Below are positions 13,480-25,382 of a DNA stretch of 64,000 bases, one piece after another (within the stretch, counting starts at the first letter, position 1; every line of letters starts with the position of its first letter). The stretch is from the human T2T-CHM13v2.0 reference genome, Homo sapiens: assembly GCF_009914755.1 (NCBI RefSeq), contig NC_060945.1, one strand, 5' to 3'. Made by a program: the position numbers and the translations under genes. Under the pieces are notes generated by a model that saw nothing but the letters and a program-made list of their open reading frames with translations, had not been told where the DNA came from and did no database searches.

Positions 13480-13740
13480 CAGGGATTGGCAAACTACAGC
13501 TCATGGGTCAAACTCAGTGAGCTGCTTGTTTTGTACGAGCTGTGAGTGTCCACAAAAGTTTTATTGAAATATAGCCATGCTTCTTCCTTGTCCCTATTTT
13601 CAAAGACCAGTTTTGTTCTATGACAGCAGAGTTGAGTAGTTGCGACAGAGACTGTATTTCCTGCAAAATCTAAAATATTTACTCTCTGACTCTTTACCAA
13701 AAAAACCCCCAAAAAACAAAAAAAAAATTGCTAACTCCTG
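13480..13740 (+). mobile_element. MER58A hAT-Charlie MITE
   Basis: CAGGGATTGGCAAACTAC...GCAGAGTTGAGTAGTTGCGACAGAGAC...CTCCTG. Confidence 0.85.
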
Positions 13741-14034
13741 GTCTAGGTAGTGTGAGGTTCAGTTTCTGGCTCCAGCACTCACTATTGGGGAGGCATTAAG
13801 CCAGTGCCATTCTCCTAGGAAGTGCTCCACATAGCAGCTATTGGCACACAAGTCATGTGGAGATGGGGAATCCTAAGGAAAAGAACGATCGACTTTGGAT
13901 AAACTTATTGAACTTTTAAATTCTGACAGTATCCTGCTTATATAATTTCTGCACATATGGAATCTGCATCCTGAGTTTTTTTCTATCCAGTTCATGTTTG
14001 TACAAGTATCTTATATGTGCAGATGATGAAACAG

Positions 14035-14087
14035 TGCCTTTAAGCAAATGCCTTTAAGCAATGCCTTTAAACAATGCCTTGAGCAAA
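14035..14087. repeat. Short tandem repeat, ~4 x 13-14 bp (TGCCTTTAAGCAA)
   Basis: Directly visible. Confidence 0.85.
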
Positions 14088-14736
14088 ATGATGTATTTGA
14101 GTGAGTTTATTGTCAGTATTACCAAGCACAATGTTTGACTCCTGCTTTGGTAATGTCAGGAAGTGTGGCAGATGGTGGGGAGACAAGAGGAGTCATTCAG
14201 GAAGAAGCCAGGAGCTCCCAGGATAAAAGAAGCAATTAAAATGCAACCCTTGGATGGGCTCAAATGCAGTCTGCCTCCTCTTCCTTATCACGGGCCAGAT
14301 CCAGTCTTTCTTAATTGAAGGGGTCAAGCTAAAGTTCTTATCAACAAAAGTGATGTTGCTTAGGAAAGTCATATTCCTTAGCTAATTTTAGGTGCTGTTT
14401 TGTGCTTCCTGTGTTACCAACCTTCTAAACAGTAAATAAGAGAACATTGCTGTCTATAAAAAAATCTTTTAGTTGTAGTGTCAACTTACAAAAGAATTGA
14501 CAAAAAGGAGTGGAAGTTCTTTTAAGTCCTTGCCAGGCTGCAGAGCAGAGCTAGAAGAACATAAAGTCTTAATCCTTTCCCTGCTCTTTACCTTGGGGGT
14601 GGTGGATGTTTTTCAGGGCTCTGTGGGGGACTGGCGTGGTGTTTGGTCATGCTGACTGGGGAGCCAGATGATCTATCTGAGCTCTGGTGTTGGCTTTGCC
14701 ATGTATTCTGAACCGTCGAATCAACCCCTATTCCAG

Positions 14737-15114
14737 GATGGTTGATTTTATGTGTCAACTTGGAGACATTTTGGGATGAAATTAACGTTTAAATTGATAC
14801 ACTAAGTAAAGTGCATTGCTCTTCATAATGTGGATGGGCTTCATCTAATCAGTTGAAGGCCTGAGTACAACAAAAAGACCAGCTTCCCCGAGCAAGAGGA
14901 AATTCTTCAGCAATTGCCGTCAAGAGTTCATCTGCACCATTGGCTCTCCTGGGTCTCCAGCCTGCTGGTCCACACTGGGACTTGGACTTGCCAGCCTCAA
15001 TAATCATATGAGCCAATTCTTTATAATAAATTTATTTAAATACACACACACACGCACACACACACACACACACACACATATGCGCATTTGATTTCTCTGG
15101 AGAATCCTGACAAA
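14737..15114 (+). mobile_element. MLT2-type ERVL LTR containing a (CA)n microsatellite (15042-15078)
   Basis: GATGGTTGATTTTATGTGTCAACTTG...TTTCTCTGGAGAATCCTGAC. Confidence 0.8.
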
Positions 15115-15294
15115 TTTAATTCTATGAATAGAGTAAAAGTCTCTGTTAACTTATAATAAAGTTCCTGTTCATTTTAAAATAAAAAAAGGTACTATTGGCT
15201 CCTGGTTGAGTCCTTGACCATCATATGCACACATGCTTTAACCCCAGACAGACAGCTTCATTCTTCTTTCTTGCACAGGCAAAACGGCTTCTCA

Positions 15295-15530
15295 TCTTTG
15301 GAGTAGTCGAGAGTCTAGGTGCTGGATCCAGACTCCCTAGGTTCAAATCCGAGCTCTATCACTTGGTAGCTTTGTGACCTTGGGTAAACCACTTACTTAC
15401 TCTAGGCCTCAATTCCCTCATCTGTAAAATGGCAAAATAAGAATACTCACCACATAGGATTATTGTGAAAAGTAATGACTTAATGCAAGTAAAGCGCTTA
15501 ACAAATTATCTGGCACTCAGTAAATGCTTG
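15295..15530 (+). mobile_element. MIR
   Basis: GGTTCAAATCC...TGTGACCTTGGGTAA...CTCATCTGTAAAATGG. Confidence 0.85.
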
Positions 15531-16457
15531 TCCCACTTAGAATAGACCTGGTTTGTCTGCAGTGATGAAACATCAGTCTGCTGAGAACTTGGCTAGAAAT
15601 GCTTAAGTAGTTGAGTGGAGCCTTAAAAGAAGCAAGTAAAAAAAAAAAATTCTGCTATGTGCCTGAAGGAGGGAGAAATGAAATCCTTGGCAAATAGAAT
15701 GAATAATTTCCCCAGTTACTATTATTAATATGTATTATGTGGCTAGCTTCACCTTGTTTTCTTGCTCAGGGAAAATAATTTCTTTGAATATTAGATTGAT
15801 GCTTCTATCAAAAAGCATCTTCTCTGTCCTGTTTAACAGAGAAAACATGGTTCCCCTCCTCCAGTAGTTAAAGCCCTGAGCTGTGTCCTCCAGTGCCCAA
15901 GCAGATAGCATTTAGTATCTTGGGCTGTTATCAAGGAGCTTCTTTATAGAAGGAATTACACCTTCGGTGGTTGGGGGTGGGGGAAATAGTTAAAATGCAA
16001 ATGTATCAGTATTTACTAGCTTTTGGAGCTCACGTCTCGCGCATTTCATTCTGAACTTTTTGCTCAATGCCTCTGAAATCACCCTTGCTAATTTAGGCCC
16101 CTCGGAAATAATTCCACCAAGGCAGAAAATTGGCAACCAAAGAAGTTTCACTGGCCTTTAGATCATTTTCTTTCTTAACTTGTAATTTTCCGTTGCTTTC
16201 TGTTCTCCATTAACTTTTCATTTGTCCATTATATTACATGTGTAGTGGCAACCTTGATTTTGATACATGATGTATATTCACTGAGCAAGGGGGTTGATCC
16301 ATTATGTGGACCCCTTCTGGGAATATGTGGACTGTGTCTATCAATTTAAGAATGTTATATATGGAAACATAATGAGTATTATAAATAAGTTTTAAAAACC
16401 TATGCACACAGATAATGAACTTCAGGGACATTTTAAATGAATTTTCCTTGTTTTTAG

Positions 16458-16491
16458 CTGAATACCCAATAAGAGTCTAGGTATATTATAG
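16458..16491 (+). other. Candidate 34-nt internal exon carrying stop codons
   Basis: Acceptor TTTTCCTTGTTTTTAG| and consensus donor AG|GTGAGT in non-repetitive sequence. Confidence 0.4.
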
Positions 16492-17029
16492 GTGAGTGAT
16501 CTGTGCCCTTGATAACCTTGAAATTTGGAATTTTTGTACTGAATAAGATTCATGCTAAGCATTTAAGGGCAGTCTGTTGGATTCATGGCAAGTGTTATCT
16601 ATTGGATTCATAAGATGGATCTTGGAGAACTTTTTATAAATAGATAATCCCATGTGCTATACCTGTGAGATTCCTAGAGCATAGAGATAATCGCTCTTTC
16701 ACCATTGCCATTTATAAATGTGAAAAAAGTCTGAAAACTCAGTGAGGAGCCTTAAAGAATGTCTAGGCACCCAACTCTTGATGCATACAAGCTACCCAGT
16801 GTAAGAATGTGCATCTTATGAATACTGAATATTCAGCATTGGTTGAAAGGTGTGTGGGATAATCGTGTGATAGTGGGAGGAGGATGGCCTTTATTATTTG
16901 TAAATATGATATTTAATGCAACCCAAGTTTTAATTTTAAGCCATTTCTCATTAGTGCATCTTCATATGAAATTTGAATAGTATGAAATCAATTATGCAGA
17001 GGAAAAGTACTTGACTATTGATAGGAAGA

Positions 17030-17450
17030 AGGAATGCTGTATTAGGAGTCAGGAGACATAGCTCAGTACTTACTCAATCTGTGACTTTCAACAAACAATT
17101 GTTCCCCTCTAAGCCTCAGTCTCCTGAGTTGTAAAATGAAAGAATGACACTGGATCCTGTTTCTAGGTTCCTTTGCACTTTCAAAATCTTTAAGAATCTT
17201 TTGTTGTTGTTGACAAAAGGATTTAAAGAGTAGGGACAAGTGACCATCCATAAGTGATGAAAAGAAAAGTTAACCTAAGAGATACATAAAGTGGGGAAGC
17301 AGCAGAGTTACAGTTGGAGAAACCAGGGAGTGAAGTCGAGGTGTGCCACATTCCCTCTAGATGACTCTTGAAGGGTTGGGTTTCTCTTCTGTAAAACAGA
17401 GACCATAGCTCAGAGGTTTGTTATAAGGATTAAATGAGATAATGCATAAA
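17030..17450 (+). mobile_element. Two MIR/MIR3 fragments
   Basis: AAGCCTCAGTCTCCTGAGTTGTAAAATG; TTATAAGGATTAAATGAGATAATGCAT. Confidence 0.6.
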
Positions 17451-18963
17451 ACATGCTTCCAGGAATAAAGAATCATGGAAGTGAATAAGGAAGAAAGGAG
17501 ATGGAGGAAGAGGAGGAAGAGAAAATGACTTAGAAAATGTGTGATTAACTAAGTAATTAATCCTTCTAAAACTTTCACATTCAGCCAAAGCACATTTGTG
17601 CATACAACTCTCATTTGTCTACCTTGGAATAATCAATTTTGTGAGTTATTCACAGAAGATGAGTGAACTCAGCCAGGTTTTCTAATACTCTGCTACCTTC
17701 TTGTTCACCTATTTTCTGACTAGGAGGCATGTAACTCAAGTTTTCATCAGCCTAAGCCCAACCACATTTTGGAGACATGTCTGCATCACAAATTATCTTG
17801 GGCTTTCAAAAATCAAAAATAAACCACTTTACCAAAAATCAATCCCACTCCATCACTTTGGTTTCTCTGTGCCTTGTGCGCCATTATTGGCATGAGGAGT
17901 TGTGAGCTAACCGTGCCACATTTTCAGGAGCCTTTGTGCCATCCTGTTTCAGCCCTTGACAGGTGCTCCTGCGGGGTTCTCAAGCTTTCCTTTTGATTTC
18001 CCCAGGATATTATCATTGTGGCTGGTCAAGGGAGGGGACATCCTGAGAAAATCAGCCAACAGTTCCTCCTGGAAAATCCAAGCTCTCTGATTAGAGGGGC
18101 AAGAAATCCAACTGATATGTATTTAAGCACTTTTATAGAATTCCCGCTATGTGCCAGCTGCACATAGTTCCTAGGTAATAGGATGCAGCAGCCAACTAGC
18201 TGACCAAGTCCTCTTGAAGCTAACATTTTAGTGGAGAATGTAGATAACCCCTCAAAAAATTAATAAAGAAGAAATAAAATTTTTGATAATGGGATGTATT
18301 ATGAAGAAAAATAAAAGCAGGGGAAGGGGCAGTGAAAGTGATGGGGTGGTCTGGAAAGGTCGATCTGAGGAGGTGATTTTTGAGATCTGAATGCAGTGGG
18401 AGAACAAGCCATGGGGAGGAATAGAGAAAAAGCAATGGAGGCACAGAAAATATTAAATACACAGTGGGTGGAAACAAACAATTAACTTGGCCAGTGCAGC
18501 TGGAACAGGGTAATGGTTGAAGGACGGAGCCCATTCAGGTAGGCAAAGGTTGGAGTTTCAAGACCTTGTCAGCTAAAGTAAGGGGTTTGGATCTTATCAG
18601 AATTGAGATGGTAATCTATTGAATGGTTTTGAGTTGGAGAATGATGCAACTTATTTGCATATTAAAAAGATTACTCTGACTAACATATTGATAACAGACT
18701 GTCATGAGACCAGAGTGGAAGCTGGTTAGTAGATGACTGAAACTGTTTAGGAGAGAGAAGACCGTGCATTTCACTAGAGTAGTTATAGCAGGGGTAGTGT
18801 AGAATAATGGGATTCAGTACATATTTTGGAGAAAAATCCAGCCTGACTTTTCGCTGTGTTTATGTGGGACGTAAAGGGAAAGAAGGAGTCAAGGATAACT
18901 GCTAGGTTTCTGTTTTTAGCGACTGGGTAAATGGTGGTGGTGTTAACTGAGGAGATGAGGTGC

Positions 18964-19490
18964 TGTATCAGTGAGGACTCATGCAGGAAAAAAGGAACCA
19001 CTCCAGGTGTATTAAGTATGAAGTGGTTTAATAAAGGGAATCGAGTGCTTTCAAAAGCATTGGATTAGCTGAGGAAACACAAGTTAGAGAAGGTGCCCGG
19101 TAGTATTTAGTTCTGCTGTCACTGCTTGGGCCAGTGAATTCAGAAGTTGTTGCTACCACTCAGATGAGGAAAGTAAAGGAAAACTAGTGCTGCCCTACAG
19201 CACTGAGAAGAGTAACTGGAATGGATCACCCAGAAGCCACCGCAAAAACTCTTGTCTGCCAAAGCTTTCGTGTCCTACATTGATGCATGGGGAAGAAGAG
19301 TATGTTCTGTGCTCTTTCATCTTTGAAATCTCTCACTAGTGCACCTCATTAGCAGAATATCGCTGCAACCAGAAACTGAAAGGCAGAAGAATCTGACAGA
19401 TAAAGTTTCCAGCCTTTCAGCTGGCATTGCAAAAGAAAGCATATAACACAGGACAGAGGAGAGCAATAGAATCTTGTAGGCTAAGGGACA
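18964..19490. mobile_element. Ancient LTR (LTR33/MLT1-like) nested in L2
   Basis: TGTATCAGTGAGG...CAGGAAAAAAGGAACCACTCCAGGT...TTTAATAAAGGGAAT terminus interrupts L2. Confidence 0.5.
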
Positions 19491-19710
19491 GATAATAAAA
19501 TATTTGTATTGTTATGTCATAAATCTGTGTGTCTATCGGACATCCAAGCAGAAGTGTCAAGTAGGAAGTAGAATACACAAGTCCAGGAATCATGGGAAAG
19601 GTCAAGGATGGAAATATAAATTGGGGAGCCATTAGAACATAAATGGTAATTAAAGGCATGCAAGTGGAGAGTATTACCTAAGGAGTAAGTGTAGATAGAG
19701 AAAGGTCTTA

Positions 19711-20144
<434 letters not shown>

Positions 20145-20272
20145 TCAAGACTACAAGAGGGCTTAGAGGTCAGGAAGAAGAGGAGATGCCAGTCAATGCG
20201 ACTGACAAGGTGGGAGAGCAATCTACAGAGTATGGTCCTCTGAAAGTCAAATGTCAAATACTGATGAGAGTT

Positions 20273-20457
20273 ATGTTTTGTTTTGCTTTTGTTTTTGCTT
20301 TTGTTTTTGTTTTGAGACAGTCTCTTTCTGTCACCTAGGCTGGAGTGCAGTGGTTCAATCACGGATCACTGCAGCCTCCACCTCCCAGTTCAAGAAATTC
20401 TCATGTCTCAGCCTCCTGAGCAGCTAGGATTACAGGTATGTTCCACCGTGCCTGGCC
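20273..20457 (-). mobile_element. FRAM / Alu right monomer
   Basis: Antisense monomer with (TTTTG)n tail; TSD TGATGAGAGTT (20262, 20458). Confidence 0.85.
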
Positions 20458-20468
20458 TGATGAGAGTT

Positions 20469-21243
20469 TTTGTTTTTTAAATTAAATTAAATTAAATTTT
20501 ACGTTCTGGGATACATGTGCAGGAAGTGCGGGTTTGTTACATAGGTAAACGTGTGCCATGGTGGTTTGCTACACCTATCAACCCATCACCTAGGGATTAA
20601 GCCCAGCATGCATTAGCTATTTATCCTGATGCTCTCCCTCGTTTCAGCCCCTCGCTGACAGACCCCAGTGTGTGTTGTTCCCCTCCCTGCATCCATGTAT
20701 TCTCATTGTTTAGCTGCCACTTGTAAGTGAGAACATATGGTGTTTGGTTTCCTGTTCCTGTATTAGTTTGCTGAGGATGATGGTGTCCAGCTCCATCCAT
20801 GTCCCTGCAAGGGACATGATCTCGTTCCTTTATATGGCTTCATAATATTCCATGGTGTATATGTACCACACTTTCTTTATCCAGTCTATCACTGATGGGC
20901 ATTTGGGTTGATTCCATGTCTTTGCTATTGTGAATAGTGCTGCAGTGAACATACGCATGCATGTATCTTTATAATAGAATAATTTCTATTCCTTTGGGTA
21001 TATACTCAGTAATGGGATTGCTGGGTCAAATGGTATCTCTGGTTCTAGTTCTTGGAGGAATTGCCACACTGTCTTCCACAATGGTTGAACTGATTTACAT
21101 TCCCACCAACAGTGTAAAAGCATTCCTGTTTCTCCACAGCCTTGCCAGCATCTGTTGTTTCTTGACTTTTTAATAATCGCCATTCTGACTGGCGTGAGAT
21201 GGTATCTCATTGTGGTTTTGATTTGCATGTCTCTAATGCTCAG
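20469..21243 (-). mobile_element. L1PA (about PA8-PA11) 3' fragment
   Basis: Antisense 3' UTR plus ORF2 C-terminus (ORF 20986..21408: [19 protein letters not shown]...); TSD TGATGAGAGTTTT. Confidence 0.92.
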
Positions 21244-22209
21244 TGATGAGAGTTTTAAGAAGATGGAGTATGAGAGTTCAACACTGTATTTGGCCAGATG
21301 GAAGCCGTAGGAAACCTTAAGCAGAGTAGTCTTCAAAATCTTGAATGAAGTGGATGGAGGTGGGGATAGAGAATGTGCAGTGAGCAAATAAAGAGAGAAT
21401 TTACACAATTCTTTGGACTCATTGTGATGTAATATAAAGAGAGCAGAAAAAAAGAGCAGCAGTTGGAAATGATGTAGAATCTGGGGAGAGACCTTTTAAA
21501 GAAAGGTGATATCAAGGCTTGTTTGTGGACTGAGAATGATGTGTGATCTTGGAAGTCAGCTTGAGAATGGAGCAGTCAAGACACAAATTGGTTGGCAGGT
21601 CATGATCAGCATGAGAGGAATCTCTATCCTGCTTCCAGGCTATCCTTGGCACTGTGATTTTTAATAAAATAATGCACTGACTTTGCATTCAAAGAAATTA
21701 CTGGACAGTCAAAATATACACACATATGCAAAAATTGAGGAGCAATTTCCCATAAGATGTAAGCAAGAGTAATAGTTATTTTGTGTTATTTCTGTAAGTG
21801 TTAGTGGCAGTAAGTAAAGAATGAATTGTAAAATTGTGACAGGGAAGGTAGAGGAGTGCTTTTTGAAACCTATTTTCCATTAGATCTTAAAGAAAGTTGA
21901 GAACATAAATTTGTGGAGAAGTGAGGGTGAAGATTCTTAAGGGAGGCAGAAGCAAGATTTAATAACAATGCAGAACAAGGAATCAGCAAAACCTGTTGAA
22001 AACGTCAGAAAACTTAGGGGAAGCTGGAGCAGAGGGTTAGAGTTGGGAGACCTGAGTGAGGGTCTTGGCTTTCACTCAGTGTGCAGTCAGGATCCACCTA
22101 ATGTGGAATAACCATGGGGTTCTGGAATGGGCTGAGACAGTGACATATTTGCCCATATTAGTGGATCCATGAATCATTTTCTACAAAGTCTTCTTGTTTT
22201 GTTTTTCAG

Positions 22210-22425
22210 ACAAACCTTGGAAATCAAGAAAGTTCTGGAATGATGAAGCTGTTCATGCCAAGACCGAAAGTGCTGGCCCAGTATGAGTCCATTCAGTTCA
22301 TGCCGTGACAATTTTCTTGGAACTCCTTTTTATTGTTAGTTCTCACTTGTTTCCATATTTAGTGAATGTACATTTAATTGCAAAGCTGTCATTAATAAAA
22401 ATTCTTATAGTACCTCACTGCACAA
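22210..22425 (+). other. Candidate terminal exon of an unidentified + strand gene
   Basis: Strong acceptor TCTTCTTGTTTTGTTTTTCAG| (AG at 22208-9), TGTA at 22367, AATAAA at 22394-22399, downstream T/GT-rich tract. Confidence 0.55.
22394..22399 (+). terminator. Polyadenylation signal AATAAA
   Basis: Canonical hexamer with upstream TGTA and downstream TCTTTCCTGTGTG. Confidence 0.5.
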
Positions 22426-25104
22426 ACATCTTTCCTGTGTGCTAGGCATTTCCAAAAGCAGAATCATTCTGTATCTGATTTGCATCATCTTATTTAAACC
22501 AAGACAGTATTGGCCATACTGTCTACCAAAACAGGCTGTAAGAAATTACAATAATTTTTGCAGCTATAGGGTAACAATCTATCTCTTATGGGTTTCCAGA
22601 AAGTGTTCTGCTCTATATGATTTTAAGAAAACTGGGACATTGGTGGGAGGATAGTAGTTGGGAAATGCTTCTAGGATTAAGAGGATTGAAGTTGAGACTG
22701 GAGGTAAGCTTAAAGGAATGGCTGAAGTATCCCATCAAGACATCATAGTGTCATTATAATGACCATGTTCTCTTGTGAATCCTCACCAATGGTATAGAAT
22801 CCTTTGATTTCAATTTCTACCACTCTGGGAAACCCCTAGGCTTGTGCTCCTGGTACATCAGCCCATTTCATGGTACGTTGAAGCATGCCTCCCTGTGGGA
22901 TTGCTGGATTCCCAGCCCAGTGAGGTAATGACCAAGCAGCGTCTTCAGAGGAAGGATAGCTGTACAGCGTGGTGAAGGACTCAATGAGAAGGTAATTGAT
23001 GCTTCACCTTTTCTTATTTTCTGTAAAGTAGGGGAATATGAGTCCTCCACTGTGTGCTTTTTTGTTTGTTTGTTTGCAAGCAATCAAAATTCTTTAAGCT
23101 TCTTGGAGGATGGGATTTTCTAGAAACTGAAATTTTTAGGGGTGGTTGGGGTCTAAGCAATCCAGAGAAATATGAATGCAACCTCAGGGGAAAAGATGAA
23201 AGGTGCTAAGGAGGAGGCAGAATAGTCCTATAAAGAAAAGGCACACACATACATGCACACACACACTGAGACTCACACGTATCTTGTTAAAAACATTACA
23301 GCAAACTGGAGTTCTTAAATCCCCAGTGCATAGAGCTTTGGGAGGGTAATTCTGTTAACTTAAAGGGTAGTCCTCTGTAATGAATGCAGTTCTTGTGCAT
23401 ACTCAGCTACTGTGCTCTAATAATGTCTTACTGAGCTTGAGGATCTGTCAGGCAAAATATGCTGATCTTCTGTACCCTGGGAACTTTCTCCAAGTGAGGT
23501 CACACTGCTGCCCAGCTCAGTTCTAGGACCGCTCTGGTGATGCGATTTTATTCCATGTCCGGCGATTTAGAAAACACAGAGTTTTGAGTTTGGGTTCCTT
23601 CTAATGAATCCATTAGTGGTTGTGGTGGGTTTCATTGATTTCTTCCTGATGATTTGTCTTCTCTTTAAAACTGGTGCTATTTGTGGTTTAGTGATATGTA
23701 CTTGTAAGGATTTGGGTCTGATGTTTGGTCCATCAGCCAGATCATCTGTAGTTTGGGATTCTTGGTAATCTAAGACCCAATGTCTGACCCCTTCTGACCT
23801 CATTCTGTACATGCTGTTTAGTTACAGTATGAGCTTGTTCCTTAAACGTTCCAACAGCCACTGGGCTTTCAACAAATGTAACTGAATGAAAGACAAATCT
23901 TTCCTGTGCAGATTTGCCTGTCTAAAACACAGAGTTAAAAACACCTCTCATTACCTCCTTATAATTATATGCTTGGCCTCCTTTGAAGCCAAGGTATGGC
24001 TTTTCAAGCCAGTTGCCCTGTGACGTGAGAGGGCAGCACCTTTCTGAAGACGGTTCTCACTACTGCTACACCTTGTGCTGCTGAAAGCAGCAGGAGCTCT
24101 GCAGGTGAATGTGATTTCTCTGTAGCTGCCCAAGGCAGGGCCCTGTATCCTATGGTTGCTCAGGGGGACTCTTGGGCAGAAGATGCCTGCAGATCAGCTT
24201 TGTAGTGACCTCCACCATCCTGGTCTCAGCCATTTTTCCTTGGCACCATCCAGGCCGAGCTTATTGCAGCGAGGACCAAGATGTCCTCATCCTCAAGCAT
24301 GCCTCATGCAAATAGAGTGAAGCCGGCTCATTTCCAGCATTTTCTTTCTGACATTAAATGTTTTTCTGGCAGTAGGTTTAATATTACTCTAGGCAAAACC
24401 CTAGGGTTTTACACAAATCATTTATCATTTGGACGTAATTCTCACTATTTAAGCACCTCCAGTTTCTACGTTATTGAATGAGACACTGTGGCCCTCACCC
24501 TTCCATCAGGATGGATTGGGTGAAGGGTCTTATCTAAAATTCCCAGTGTGCTCTAATTGTCAATCAACAATTCAAATTAAACAAGTGACCTCCACTACCT
24601 ACAGGATAGACTTGGTGCAAGTCTAGTTTTAGTGTGAAAAGCAATTTCCATATAGACATAGACCATAAAGGGGGGCTCCTGTAAGGGTCTGAACAATAGG
24701 TCATTGTATGTGACTAGAAAAGTGGGGAGAAAAAAACAGAGAAATCTCCCTACGGGTGCAGCGTTTTTGGTTTTATAGAAAGAGAGAAAAACAACTCTTT
24801 TTGAATCAAATCATCAGGCACAAAAAACAAATGCTGCCAGAGTAATTATCCCTGGAAAAACTCAGTCCTGAGGGCTCTCCACGCCATAGGCTTCCTGATG
24901 CCACCTGCAGCTCATCCCAAGAAAGGGTTGGAGATGCATCAGCAGCCTTCGGCAAAGGGGAAACACCGTGCAGCAGGGCTGACTTGGCAAAGAGGCACCC
25001 CCAGAGGAATGCGAGGTGCAGCTTCTCTCCCTTTCCTTCTTGCCATGTGCTGAGAGCCCATGACCCCAGGATCTTTCTGCAGTCCTTCCCCTCAGGTTGC
25101 TTAG

Positions 25105-25225
25105 ACAAGGAACTTAACTGCACTTCAACTACTGAACAGTAGAATGGGGTCCTAATTGTAACCCTGTCATGGATTTTGAAGGATTTAATGAGACAATCAA
25201 TGGGAAATGCTTGGCACACAGTATG
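25105..25225 (+). mobile_element. MIR 3' fragment
   Basis: GGATTTTGAAGGATTTAATGAGAC...GCTTGGCACACAGT. Confidence 0.55.
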
Positions 25226-25363
25226 CCCCCAAGTCAGTGAAGTTGCTTCCATTCCCAACCTCGGTCTTCAGTCCCTGGTCATCTCACAAGCAACTAAGGA
25301 CTCAACATTAATTCAAGGGACAGATCTGATTGGAGGGGCCTCCAAAATGAGGGAAGGTCCTCT

Positions 25364-25382
25364 CGGCCACTAGGGGGCACTA
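25364..25382 (+). promoter_or_regulatory. CTCF binding motif
   Basis: CGGCCACTAGGGGGCACTA versus consensus TGGCCACYAGGGGGCGCTA. Confidence 0.65.
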
